DNA from: Nitrospirota bacterium
GTDB taxonomy: Bacteria; Nitrospirota; UBA9217
Direction: 5' to 3'
DNA length: 64,000 nt
Assembly: GCA_963749655.1 (NCBI GenBank)
Contig: CAVVOB010000024.1
Coordinates: 32,001 to 96,000, forward strand
Shown: piece by piece, positions 42,819-52,391 of the stretch
How the letters are laid out: every line of letters starts with the position of its first letter
Numbering within the stretch: position 1 is the stretch's first letter
Notes under the pieces: generated by a model
What the model saw: only the letters and a program-made list of their open reading frames with translations
Told to the model about the DNA's origin: nothing
The model's database searches: none
Made by a program: the position numbers and the translations under genes

Positions 42819-44000
42819 ATGATTCGTTCCGTGAAAATCTCCGTCATCCTGATCCTGCTTCTGTTCGCCTCGGCGTTCACTGCCCGGGCCCAGGAGACAA
42901 AGACCGTTACCGCCGAAGGCGTGGCCGCCATCCAGGGCAATGCCCGGGATATCGCCCGCGACGCGGCGATCGAAGACGCGCAGAAGCGCGCCGTGGAACA
43001 GGCGATCGGGATCCTCATCGATTCCCAGACCCAGGTGGAAAACTATCAGCTTATCAGCGACAGGATCCTGTCGCAGACCAAGGGATACATCACGCGGTAC
43101 AGCATCGCGGGAGAATCGGTGGACAGCGGCCTGCTGCGGGTCCGCATCAACGCCGAAGTATCGCTCGGCAAACTTACCGACGACCTCTCGGGAATCGGCA
43201 TTCTGCTCGGCCAGATGCACAAGCCGCGGACGATCATCCTGATCGCGGAACAGAACATCGGACGCGAGCTCTACGCCTGGTGGTGGGGAGGGCACGCCGC
43301 CGAACAGACCGATATGGGTGTGGTCGAGAACACGTTCATCGACGTCTTCACCCAGAAGGGCTTCGAATTCATAGACCATGAGACCGCGTCCAGGGAGATC
43401 AAAGTGACGGCGGCCTACAAGGTGCAGGATCTGAGCGCGACCCAGGCCAAGACGCTCGGCGGCCAGGTGGATGCGGAAGTGGTGATCGTCGGCAAGGCCT
43501 TCGCCAAGCTGTATGGGGACATCGGAGGCGGGATGAAGTCGGTGCAGGCTGACCTCTCGGCAAAGGCGATCCGCACGGACACCGGCCAGGTGATCGCGGC
43601 CGTAACCACCCACGGCGCCGCGGTGCACATCACTCCCGAAACAGCGGGAATCGAAGCGCTCAAAAAGGCATCGCAGGCGGCGGCTGATCAGATGATGGAA
43701 AAGATCCTCGCCGTCTATTCCCGCGAGACCGGCGGCACCCGTTCGATCAACATCACGATCACGGGCCTGGACAAAAGGCAGTTCGTCAAATTCAAGGATG
43801 TGCTCAGGAACCAGGTGCGCGGGATCAAGGACCTTCACGAACGCAGCTTTGCCAATGCCACGGCAAAGATCTCCGTTGATTCGAAATCGAGCGCCCAGGT
43901 GCTCTCCGACGAATTGTTGTTGAAGGATTTCGGCACCTTCTCCGTAGATGTTGTCGGTTCAACGCCTAATTCGCTCGAACTCAAAATTGCCCCGAAGTAA
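42819..44000 (+). CDS. Secreted protein with FlgT N-terminal/LPP20-like domain and a CsgG-like central domain
   Basis: Signal peptide ending ARA-Q; TAEGVA...ARDAAIEDAQKRAVEQAIG..IDSQT; DAEVVIVG...TDTGQVIA. Confidence 0.7.
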   Translation: MIRSVKISVILILLLFASAFTARAQETKTVTAEGVAAIQGNARDIARDAAIEDAQKRAVEQAIGILIDSQTQVENYQLISDRILSQTKGYITRYSIAGESVDSGLLRVRINAEVSLGKLTDDLSGIGILLGQMHKPRTIILIAEQNIGRELYAWWWGGHAAEQTDMGVVENTFIDVFTQKGFEFIDHETASREIKVTAAYKVQDLSATQAKTLGGQVDAEVVIVGKAFAKLYGDIGGGMKSVQADLSAKAIRTDTGQVIAAVTTHGAAVHITPETAGIEALKKASQAAADQMMEKILAVYSRETGGTRSINITITGLDKRQFVKFKDVLRNQVRGIKDLHERSFANATAKISVDSKSSAQVLSDELLLKDFGTFSVDVVGSTPNSLELKIAPK

Positions 44001-44021
44001 AACGGTTTTCGCGCATCATGC

Positions 44022-44058
44022 AAAACGCCCTCTCCTGATCCAGGGAGAGGGCGTTTTT
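44022..44058. terminator. Bidirectional intrinsic terminator
   Basis: AAAACGCCCTCTCC-loop-GGAGAGGGCGTTTTT between convergent genes. Confidence 0.85.
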
Positions 44059-44081
44059 ACTGATTCATAGTATTTCAACGG

Positions 44082-44345
44082 CTCAGTGGAGCCCCCTCCG
44101 GCATCCCGACCTGTCGGGACTAAAATTGACGCGACCTCCCGCCTGCACCCGGCGTTTACGAGTGCGGATGCACGGAGTGCCAGGTGGAACTGCGAACTCG
44201 CGCATGCGTGACACGTTCGTGTCACGCGCGAGTGAGCGCTTTCCACCCCCGGCCAGAGCCGGGGGATGCCAAGGCGCGGGATTGCATGGCTGCGTTTCCG
44301 GTCAATGATCCCGGACCCGATGCCGGGTGGTCGTGTTCCATGGGG
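44082..44345. ncRNA. Candidate highly structured non-coding element (~260 nt), strand uncertain
   Basis: About nine predicted stems closed by CCGGCATC/GATGCCGG and TGGAG/TTCCA. Confidence 0.5.
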
Positions 44346-44373
44346 ACGTTTGAGATCAAAGGCAACTCCTTCG

Positions 44374-44435
44374 GACAGGATAACGGGATAAGGATCTGAT
44401 AGGATCTTTAATCCTGTCGATCCTGTTATCCTGTC
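44374..44435. repeat. Inverted repeat of 9-nt ATCCTGT units
   Basis: GACAGGATAACGGGAT versus ATCCTGTTATCCTGTC. Confidence 0.7.
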
Positions 44436-44442
44436 GAATAAA

Positions 44443-47042
44443 TCATCTCTGCCTGCCCGTTGTTTCCGCTGTCGATTTCAGATATATGTCCTGCCTCTTG
44501 AGGCGGATATGCTGATCGGGAAATATCAGGTCGGGATTGGCGATTCGGTTGTCTCCGGCAATATGGGGATAATTTCTGGGATTGCCGGTAAAACGGCCTG
44601 AAATATGCCACAACGTGTCGCCGGGGCGGACGATATATACTTCGCTCTCTATGACCCTGTCGCCCGGGACTTCGAGCACGAGAGTTTCCTTCTCACTCGT
44701 CCCGGCAGGCGTCTTTGCAGCCGACGGAGCCGATGCCGGGGGTCTGGGCACTGTCTGCTGTTGATCCGTACGCCTGAATACGCCGATCACTGCGAGAATC
44801 AAGAGCACCAGGGCCGCGTAGTGGAACCACCGTACTCTTTTTTTGCCTTCGACAGGCGACACGGGGACCCCTCTTCCCTGCTCTCCGGGACGAACGGGTT
44901 CATATGATATTGACGAAGGCGGTACGGGCGTTTCCGGCACTGGTACCGAAGGCAGGACATCGGGCACCGATGGTTCATGAGATACTGCCGCCGGCTCAGG
45001 CTCAGGGGTCGGTTCAGACACTGCCGCGCCGGCTGCGACGTCGTCCCCTTCATGATTACTTGTTCGACATTTTCACTCTCTTCACGAGCCTTCGCCGCTT
45101 CGACAGGGATATCTGCTGTGAGCTCCGGTGCGGAAGTTTCCGTTTCCGATGCTGTGATGTCCTGCCCTTCCCGGGGAGTTGCAGCAATATCGGTACTGCT
45201 GCTCTCTTCAGCGGGTTCCTGAGGAAGCGGCTGCAGTTCTGACTCCTCCACGGCATCGCCGGGAAGGTCCGATACCTGCATATCCTGAGAGCCTGCGGCG
45301 ATGTTCGTAATGCCGCCGCTCTCTCCTGCAGCTTCCTGAGGAAGCGGCGACAATTCCATTTCCGCTGTTGAATCGTCAGGTCCCTCTTCAGCAGGAGTTC
45401 CGGCCTCATGAACCGCTGCTACCAGTGCCGCTGTTTGGGACAATTCTTCAGCTGGAGACGCAGAAATCGACTCAAGAGCCGGGGATTCCGCTGAACCGTC
45501 CCTGGACGGAGCAGAGGCGGACGCTGTTATTTCGGTCTTCGTTACGTCCTCGACGGCGCTTGCTGCGGGGACAACCTTCACCGGCTCTCCGGTCCGTTCG
45601 CTCACCAGCCCTGCAGGCAGCTGTTCCATGTGCCTCGACAGTACCGGAAGCAGTTCCTCGACCAGGGAAGCCTCGAAGTGAACAGCCATTGCGTGGACGT
45701 TCAGGATCAGGCGAACCGCGTCCGTTTCGAGATAACAGCCGTACACGACATTATGAGGCAATGCGATCGGCACTGCCCGCTGGAGATCGCGGCCCAGCCG
45801 CCTGTCGCCGAACACGTTCTCGGCGAGGACCAGAGCGCGAAAATCTCCGTTCTGAACGACCATCATGCTCCACCGGGACGTCGGGAGCGACTGTCTTCCG
45901 AAGACGGTCGCAAGGTCGATCACCGGCAGCAGTGAACCTTCATACTCCGCTATGCCGGCCACGATCGGAAGCGTGCCCGGTATGGGGCGAAAGGGCCGGA
46001 ACCCGATGATCGCGTCCTGTTCAGAACGCGGCACGGCATGCCGCATGCCGAGAAGAGAAAATTCCGTGACCTCGACCTCTTCCTTCCCGAAGCGCGCGGG
46101 GAAGGAAGCATCGGCCGTATATGCCGGCGACGGAGAGGCGGCCCTCCCCTCCTCTGCTCCGACGGAAAACAGCTCGCTGAAATCCAGGATGGGGATGACC
46201 TGCCCGTCAAGGACGAGCGCTGCATCAAACCAGGAAGTTGCCGCGATGGGCGGAAGCTGATGAAGCGCCGTCTTCGCGGAGGGAACAACTCCCCGGTCCT
46301 CGTCGATGAGAAGGCCCAGCTGAAGGTCCCGGACAACGCCGACAAGCATGAGGTCCTTGACCTGCCCGTGGGGCAGTTGCATGCGCTGCGTCAGGTCGAA
46401 TACGGGGATCAGGCTGCTGCGGTGCCAGGTCACACCGCGTACGAATTTTGGTACCGGCCGCACAGCTGCGATCGGGCCGGGCTCCTGTGCCGCGTCGTCC
46501 TCAGCAAGCTCCGACGGCAGAGCGAAAAGATCTCCTCCGGCAGCGAAAATCCGGTACGATCCGACTTCGGACAAAACAGCAGGCACAGCAGGTATGGTAA
46601 ACGGAGCCGCGGCCGCCTCGTCTGCGTCGTTTTGAAGATGTTCGTGAAGCCGCATCAGATTGACCAGGGGTACGGGAAGGGAATCTATAAGCGCACAACG
46701 ATCGACCACGTCCGTCCTGAGATAGGGCGGCATGGGGAAAACAGCTTCAGGAGCGACCTCGGCCCTCCCGATTTCCTCGCCGACCACGAAGCCCTTGATC
46801 AGGCCTTCTTGCGGCACGAGGAGAAGGCGTTTTCTGCCGGCCTGGTTCACCGGGCCATGGCCGATGCAGACGGAAAGGTCCGCCAGCGTGACGGTGCGGC
46901 CGTCCCTGATCGCCATGCCGGCGATGCAGCCGGGGCTGAACGGAAGCCGATGAAGAGACGGGAGCTCCTCGATCTGCCGGACCTCTTCCTCCCGGATGCC
47001 GTACGTCTGACCTTCGAACGTTATCAGCAACAGGCTTATCAT
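44443..47042 (-). CDS. Three CheW-like domains, acidic linker, TM helix and LysM domain (frameshift near 45030)
   Basis: CheW-like segments IAGMAIRDGRTVTLADL, VRGVTWHRSSLIPVFDL, VAGIAEYEGSLLPVIDL; TM YAALVLLILAVIGVF; LysM YIVRPGDTLWHIS...NPDLIFPDQ. Confidence 0.78.
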
Positions 47043-47134
47043 GACTCTTCCGACCTCCTGTCGATCCTTCTGAGAAAGCCCTGCTTCATAGAACTATTGC
47101 GTTGTGCATTGCTTCAGTCGGAAAAAACAAACGA

Positions 47135-48034
47135 TCATCCGACGCCGACCATTCTCTTTGCGGAGATCACCGTGTTCTTGAGCAGAATGGCGATGGTCAC
47201 CGGCCCCACCCCGCCGGGGACGGGCGTGATCATCGAAGTCTTCTGCGAAACGGAAGCAAAATCGACGTCCCCTACGGTCAGCCCATCGGACTGGACCGTG
47301 ATCCCGATGTCCACGACAACGGCGCCCGCCTTCACCATATCAGCCCTGATCAGCCCCGGTCTGCCGGTGGCGGTGCAGAGAATATCAGCCTGCCGGGTTT
47401 CCGCGCCCAGGTCTTCGGTCTCCCGGTGGCAGACCGTGACCGTTGCCTCCTTGACCAGCATCATCATGGCGAGCGGTTTTCCGACAGCCAGACTCTTGCC
47501 GACGATCACGACCTTTTTCCCCTTCACGTCGATGCCGTGATGCTCCAGCATCCGCATTACGCCGTAAGGGGTGCAGGGCAGAAAGGTGGACCTGACCGAA
47601 AGCGTGAACCCGGGCTCGAAGAGCTGGGACGTGGATTCGTCGGCCGACAGCCTGCCCACGGAGATGGCCCCCTGGCCGTCGACGTCCTTCTCGGGCATGA
47701 TGGCGTTCACGACCTTCCGGGTGTCTATGTGTCTCGGGAGCGGCATGAACGTCAGAAGGCCGTTTGCCCGCTCGTCGTTGTTGATCGTCTTGATCAGGTT
47801 CAGGATCTGGTTCAGGGACGAGGACGACGGCAGCTTGTGGTTGAAAATATCGATGCCCGCCCGCGCGGCAGCGTGCTGGATCGCCTGATAGTACAGGTGC
47901 GAGGACCGGTCCTCACCCACCAGCACCAGCGCCAGTCCGGCGCGAATGCCGTGTCTGGAAAGTCTGTCCGTCTCCTCCTTGACCGCAACAATGATCTTCG
48001 AAGATAATTCTCCGCCCTTCATCAATTTCACCAT
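47135..48034 (-). CDS. folD: FolD-family methylenetetrahydrofolate dehydrogenase (divergent)
   Basis: KDVDG, PCTP, VGKP, VGDVD, TPVPGGVGP. Confidence 0.88.
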   Translation of the reverse strand: MVKLMKGGELSSKIIVAVKEETDRLSRHGIRAGLALVLVGEDRSSHLYYQAIQHAAARAGIDIFNHKLPSSSSLNQILNLIKTINNDERANGLLTFMPLPRHIDTRKVVNAIMPEKDVDGQGAISVGRLSADESTSQLFEPGFTLSVRSTFLPCTPYGVMRMLEHHGIDVKGKKVVIVGKSLAVGKPLAMMMLVKEATVTVCHRETEDLGAETRQADILCTATGRPGLIRADMVKAGAVVVDIGITVQSDGLTVGDVDFASVSQKTSMITPVPGGVGPVTIAILLKNTVISAKRMVGVG

Positions 48035-48140
48035 CTAGCCTCCAAAAGAAATATCGGCCGTACCTAAGCCGGGATCCCGGCCTTTGCCGCCGTACTGTTG
48101 TCGCACACGGGAACCTGTAAAACCGAGAAGACTTTTTCAG

Positions 48141-48210
48141 CACAGAGAACACCGAGACACCGTGGATTAAAAAACGAAAATTTTGAAATTTTCTCTCAGT
48201 GCGCTCTGTG
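48141..48210. repeat. Inverted repeat of ~9-nt units
   Basis: CACAGAGAACACCGAGA versus TCTCAGTGCGCTCTGTG. Confidence 0.6.
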
Positions 48211-48310
48211 GTAAAGATTCTTCTTAGCTGTTCTGAACTGACCGATTCCTTTCAGAAGCAACATGCTTGTCGGAGAAAACAGGCTGTCCTTCCGCTCTCA
48301 TCCCTGCTCC

Positions 48311-49940
48311 TCATGTCTTCAAACAAGCGGTCTCCTTCAGCAATTGCCGCCTGTAGTCTTCGATCTGTTTGTGTTTTTCATCGCTGTTCCATTTCAGGTC
48401 CCTGCCTGCGATTTCTGCGATCTGCTCCGCCTGCCCAGCTCCGCGGGAACCGGTGATGCCGACGGTCATCCTGCGAAGCATGATGTCCGCAAGCGTTTTC
48501 GCGCCCTCTTCGCGGACACTGTATGTCGCCTGGGCGTAGACGTCCTTGCTTTCGGGAGAAACGGCCGCCCCGAGCGCGGGTTCTTCCTTGATGAGCTGCA
48601 GAATACGCTCGCTGCGTGAGCCGTAGATCCCGATCAGATGGCGAACGAGCTCCGGAGAAACCGAATACTGCGACGCCCAGGCAGGGACTGCTTCGCGCAG
48701 ATAGTCTTCATAGCCCGCAGAAAGTCCACCGGCCAGCGGGGTCCGGTCCGTGGAGCACCTGGGTCGAAGACCCAGCACGCGGCAGGCAGCGTCGACGACG
48801 TCTTTCGCCATGTTGCGATAGGTCGTCAGCTTTCCTCCTGCAATGGTTATCAGGCGGCCGTACCTGCCCTCGCGGATGACCCGGTGCTTGCGCGAGATCC
48901 TGGATTCGCTGGCGCCTGCGAAGGCGAGCGGCCGTATGCCCGCATAGGTATACAGGATCGCCTCCCGGCTGAGCTTCAGCCCCGGCAGCAGGCGCCTGCT
49001 TTCCGCAAGCAGATAGTCGACGTCGCTCTTGTCCGCATGGACGTCGTCAAGATCGCCGTCATAATTCGTATCAGTGGTGCCGATGAGCGAGTATGCGCCC
49101 AAGGGGATCATGAAAAACATGCGCCCGTCGCGCGAGCTTACGAACAGGGCCTGATCGGAAAACTTCGGCAGCACGAGGTGAATGCCTTTCGTCGGGTGGA
49201 TGATCCCGTGATGGTCGATGTTTCCCGACCGCCTCACCCGGTCGATCCAGGGGCCCGCGGCGTTGATCAGGACCCGGGACCGGAATGTGCGCGCCCCTCC
49301 GGTCAGCATGTCCCGCGCGGCGACCACGACCCCGGCGGCGGTCTCCTCGATCCGCTCGGCCTGCATATAATTGAGCAGTTCCGCCCCGGCTTCCCGCGCC
49401 GAGATCACATTTTCGATCACAAGCCGCTCGGGCATGGTGATCTGGTGATCGTAGAACAGGGCGCTGCCGGTCAAGCCCTTCCTTGTTCAAACGGGGCTCG
49501 AACCCGAGCGTCCGTTCGCAGTTCGCTGTAAAGTAGTGAGGGATGTCCCGTTCGTGCGACAGGACGTCATAGAGATGGATGCCGAGAGAGATTACGGCCC
49601 GGCCGTGAGGGTCCCCGCGATAGATGGGGATCAGGATCGGCATGGGGTGTATCAGGTAGGGCGCCTGCCGCCGCAGGATTGCCCGCTCCCTGAGCGCTTC
49701 CGCAACAAGGTCGACCTCGAAGTTCGCCAGGTACCGCAGGCCGCCGTGGATCAGCCTCGTTGATTTCGAAGTCACGCCCGACGCAAAGTCTCCCTTTTCG
49801 AGCAGCAGGCAGGACAAACCGCGCAAAGCCGCATCCCGCGCTACGCCGGCGCCGGTGATGCCCCCGCCGATCACGATCAGATCGAAAAGGCGATCTTCTG
49901 TTGATGCATCCCCGCCCGTCATAACAGCTCTATCCGTCAT
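48311..49940 (-). CDS. glpD: FAD-dependent glycerol-3-phosphate dehydrogenase/oxidase (frameshift near 49475)
   Basis: GGGITG, STRLIHGGLRYL, NAAGPW, GTTD, GIRPL, GGKLTTYR. Confidence 0.92.
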
Positions 49941-50645
49941 CCCGCACTCCGCACCGCTTTCTGCACGAGGCCCTTCAGCACTCCCGGCCTGTTCGAATAG
50001 ATTCCGTCCGCGCCCCAGGAGATGATCTTTAGCATTTCTTCTTCGTCGTCAACGGTCCAGACATAAACCTGGACCCCCTGCTCGTGGCAGGATTCGATCA
50101 GCTCCCCGGCTCACGGACGATTTTCTCAGGCTGATGATCCTGTAGCCTGATGCGCGATAGGCGGCCGCATCGCGGGCCGCAAAAACGTCGAAAATCAGCG
50201 ACAAGGGAAGATGGGGAAGCACTTTGCGGACTGCGAGCACCTCCTGCTCCTTGAAGGACGAAACGAGGATATAGCCGGGGTAGTCCGCTGCAGCGAGGCA
50301 TTCCGCGGTCAGCAGTCCTGCGCCGTCGCTCTTGATCTCGAGATTCAGTCCTGCCCTGCCGGCGACGATCCTGAATACGTCGGTCAGCGTCGGTACGGGC
50401 TCGCCGTTCTTCAGGCGCAGGCCGGATGTCTCTGCGGACGTCGACTGCTCGATGTCGACGTTCGACGAGGCCGTCCTTCCCGTAGTCCGGTCATGCATCA
50501 CAAAGAGCGCATTGTCGCGGCTGCGGCGGACGTCAAGCTCGATCATGTCCGCGGGATACGATAATGCCCGGCGTATGGCTTCGGGGGAATTTTCGAGGGC
50601 GTTGCTGGAATCTCCTCGATGAGCGATGACAAGGGGAAGAGGCAT
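49937..50645 (-). CDS. Glycerophosphodiester phosphodiesterase (frameshift near 50100)
   Basis: IAHRG, EN, IELDV, HD, NLEIK; C-terminal WTVD..GADGIYSNRP in a shifted frame; ATGA overlap with glpD. Confidence 0.9.
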
Positions 50646-50794
50646 GAGGATATTATACTGAAAACAGCTGCGAGGCGTGCAAAAAATTTTTTGCGGTGAC
50701 GTTCCATGCCCCCGGAGTCGTTCCAGGAGAAGTTCGGGAACTCAGCCTCAGCCTGAAGCACCCCTGCCTCCGCGGAACAGCGCATGAGCTCCGG

Positions 50795-51754
50795 TCAGTC
50801 CTTGCCCGACCCTATCATTTTTTCCACGATTTTATCCTTGATAGACCGGATCTGGTCCGCAAGCTTGCGCTGCGGGATGACGGCGCGGTGTATGGCGGTC
50901 CGGACGGTGATGATCTTCTCCAGCGCGGCTGTTTCGCCCTGCTTAAAAAGGTCACGGGGATTGCTGAAGTCCGCCCAGTGTGTGGCGCCCACTTCAGGAT
51001 GGATCACCACATCCGCTTGCCGTGCGAGGATCTCATTCAGGTATATGCGCGATACGGCATCGGCGCGCAGGACGATATCGAGGCCCGAGGTGTCCTCAAA
51101 AGGCGTCACATCGCTCGACACGTCAACAGCGATCACGAGATCTGCGCCCATGTCCTGGGCGCACAGCACCGGCACGCGCTCGACCCAACCGCCGTCCACG
51201 AGAAGCATGTCCCTGTCCTTGACCGGGGGGAATATGCCGGGAAGCGCGCAGCTGGCGCTGACGGCCGTACGCAGGCGCCCTGCCGTGTACATGACCCGTC
51301 TGCCGTTGCGGATGTCCGTTGCCACGCAGGCGAAGGGGATCTTGGTCTCTTCGATCGCGATGTCGGGAATAAGCGGGTAGATGAGGTCTTCGTATTCCTT
51401 TTCGCCGATAAAGGCCGGCTTGGTCGCCGTGACGCCCCAGAAATATCCCTTCCTGATCAGAAACGACATGTCTCTGAAGAAGCCGTGATTGTGGTTTTCC
51501 GGCTGTTCGAGCTTTCGGATGAATTCAAGACGCGTTTTCCGGGAACGGAAGCTGCGAAGGAACTGCTCCACCCGCCCCATCCAGTACGTTGCGTCCGGCT
51601 GGGAGGCATAGACGCCGCCGATCAATGCGCCGAGGCTGGTTCCGGCGATCATATGAATGGGGATGTTGGCGTCCTCAAAAACCTTGAGCACGCCGAGGTG
51701 CGCCAGCCCCCGTGCCGCCCCTCCTCCCAAAGCGAGACAAATCTTCGGCTCCAT
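50795..51754 (-). CDS. Patatin-like phospholipase
   Basis: GGGAARG, GTSLG, DGG. Confidence 0.92.
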   Translation of the reverse strand: MEPKICLALGGGAARGLAHLGVLKVFEDANIPIHMIAGTSLGALIGGVYASQPDATYWMGRVEQFLRSFRSRKTRLEFIRKLEQPENHNHGFFRDMSFLIRKGYFWGVTATKPAFIGEKEYEDLIYPLIPDIAIEETKIPFACVATDIRNGRRVMYTAGRLRTAVSASCALPGIFPPVKDRDMLLVDGGWVERVPVLCAQDMGADLVIAVDVSSDVTPFEDTSGLDIVLRADAVSRIYLNEILARQADVVIHPEVGATHWADFSNPRDLFKQGETAALEKIITVRTAIHRAVIPQRKLADQIRSIKDKIVEKMIGSGKD

Positions 51755-51874
51755 CAGAACACCTCGCGAGACCGGAACATCGATTGAGAACAAAAACGTT
51801 CTTGAACCTGCCGGGCGTTTTGCAGTATCTTTTTATCTGTCTTTACATCTGGTATGATAAAGAAGCTCGTCGCA

Positions 51875-51997
51875 TCAGTCGATCACTTCTCTCAGGTATC
51901 CTTTGAATGCGTTGGTTGTGTCATTCAGCTTTATCCTGAACAGCACCTGAAGAAACGTGTTGTCAGTTCCGTTGAGAATCATCTTGAACCAGGGATA
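51875..51997 (-). pseudogene. Remnant of a family-2 (DPM1-like) glycosyltransferase
   Basis: Manual translation YPWFKMILNGTDNTFLQVLFRIKLNDTTNAFKGYLREVID*; no GT2 N-terminal domain. Confidence 0.6.
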
Positions 51998-52356
51998 ACG
52001 AGAGCCACTGGCTTGCTGTTCTCATTTAGAAAATTGTTGTCCGTCGCAAAGGCAAAAAAACTGGAGCTCAGTGACTACCCTGGCCGCTCTCAGGCTTTTG
52101 AAGTGAAAGCCTGCAAAAACATGAAGGAAATCGCATTTTCCGGACATTATCACGGAATCACGGGAAAATGCAAGTGGAATAATTCAGCCTTGCGCAAAAA
52201 TGGATACTGCTTCCGAAAAAAACTGTCAGTGGGTGTGCCTTGAACGAAGGAACGGGTACGTGGCCACAGATCTCGATAGCCGACCGGTTTGCAGATACTG
52301 ATCCTGTCGTCCGCATCAACCCTCGGACAGATGCTTAAAACCGGCCCAATTACTGC

Positions 52357-52385
52357 TTGACTTGGTTCTGGCAAAATGATATGTT
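52357..52385 (+). promoter_or_regulatory. Putative sigma70 promoter, leaderless transcript
   Basis: TTGACT-N17-TATGTT, 6 nt before ATG 52392. Confidence 0.6.
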
Positions 52386-52391
52386 CATTCC

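Noticed and set aside
46038-47540. 500-aa plus-strand ORF
   Set aside because: Antisense to the CheW fusion and folD; no RBS or domain signal.
48040-48130. Possible THF or ZTP riboswitch upstream of folD
   Set aside because: Only a short GCCGGGATCCCGGC palindrome; consensus elements were not found.
51854-52243. 129-aa plus-strand ORF
   Set aside because: No motifs or RBS; it overlaps a recognisable GT2 remnant on the opposite strand.
52030-52350. Possible c-di-GMP-I riboswitch upstream of the polysaccharide locus
   Set aside because: GGCAAA and GCAAAG fragments are present but not in the right order, and the P2/P3 stems are missing.
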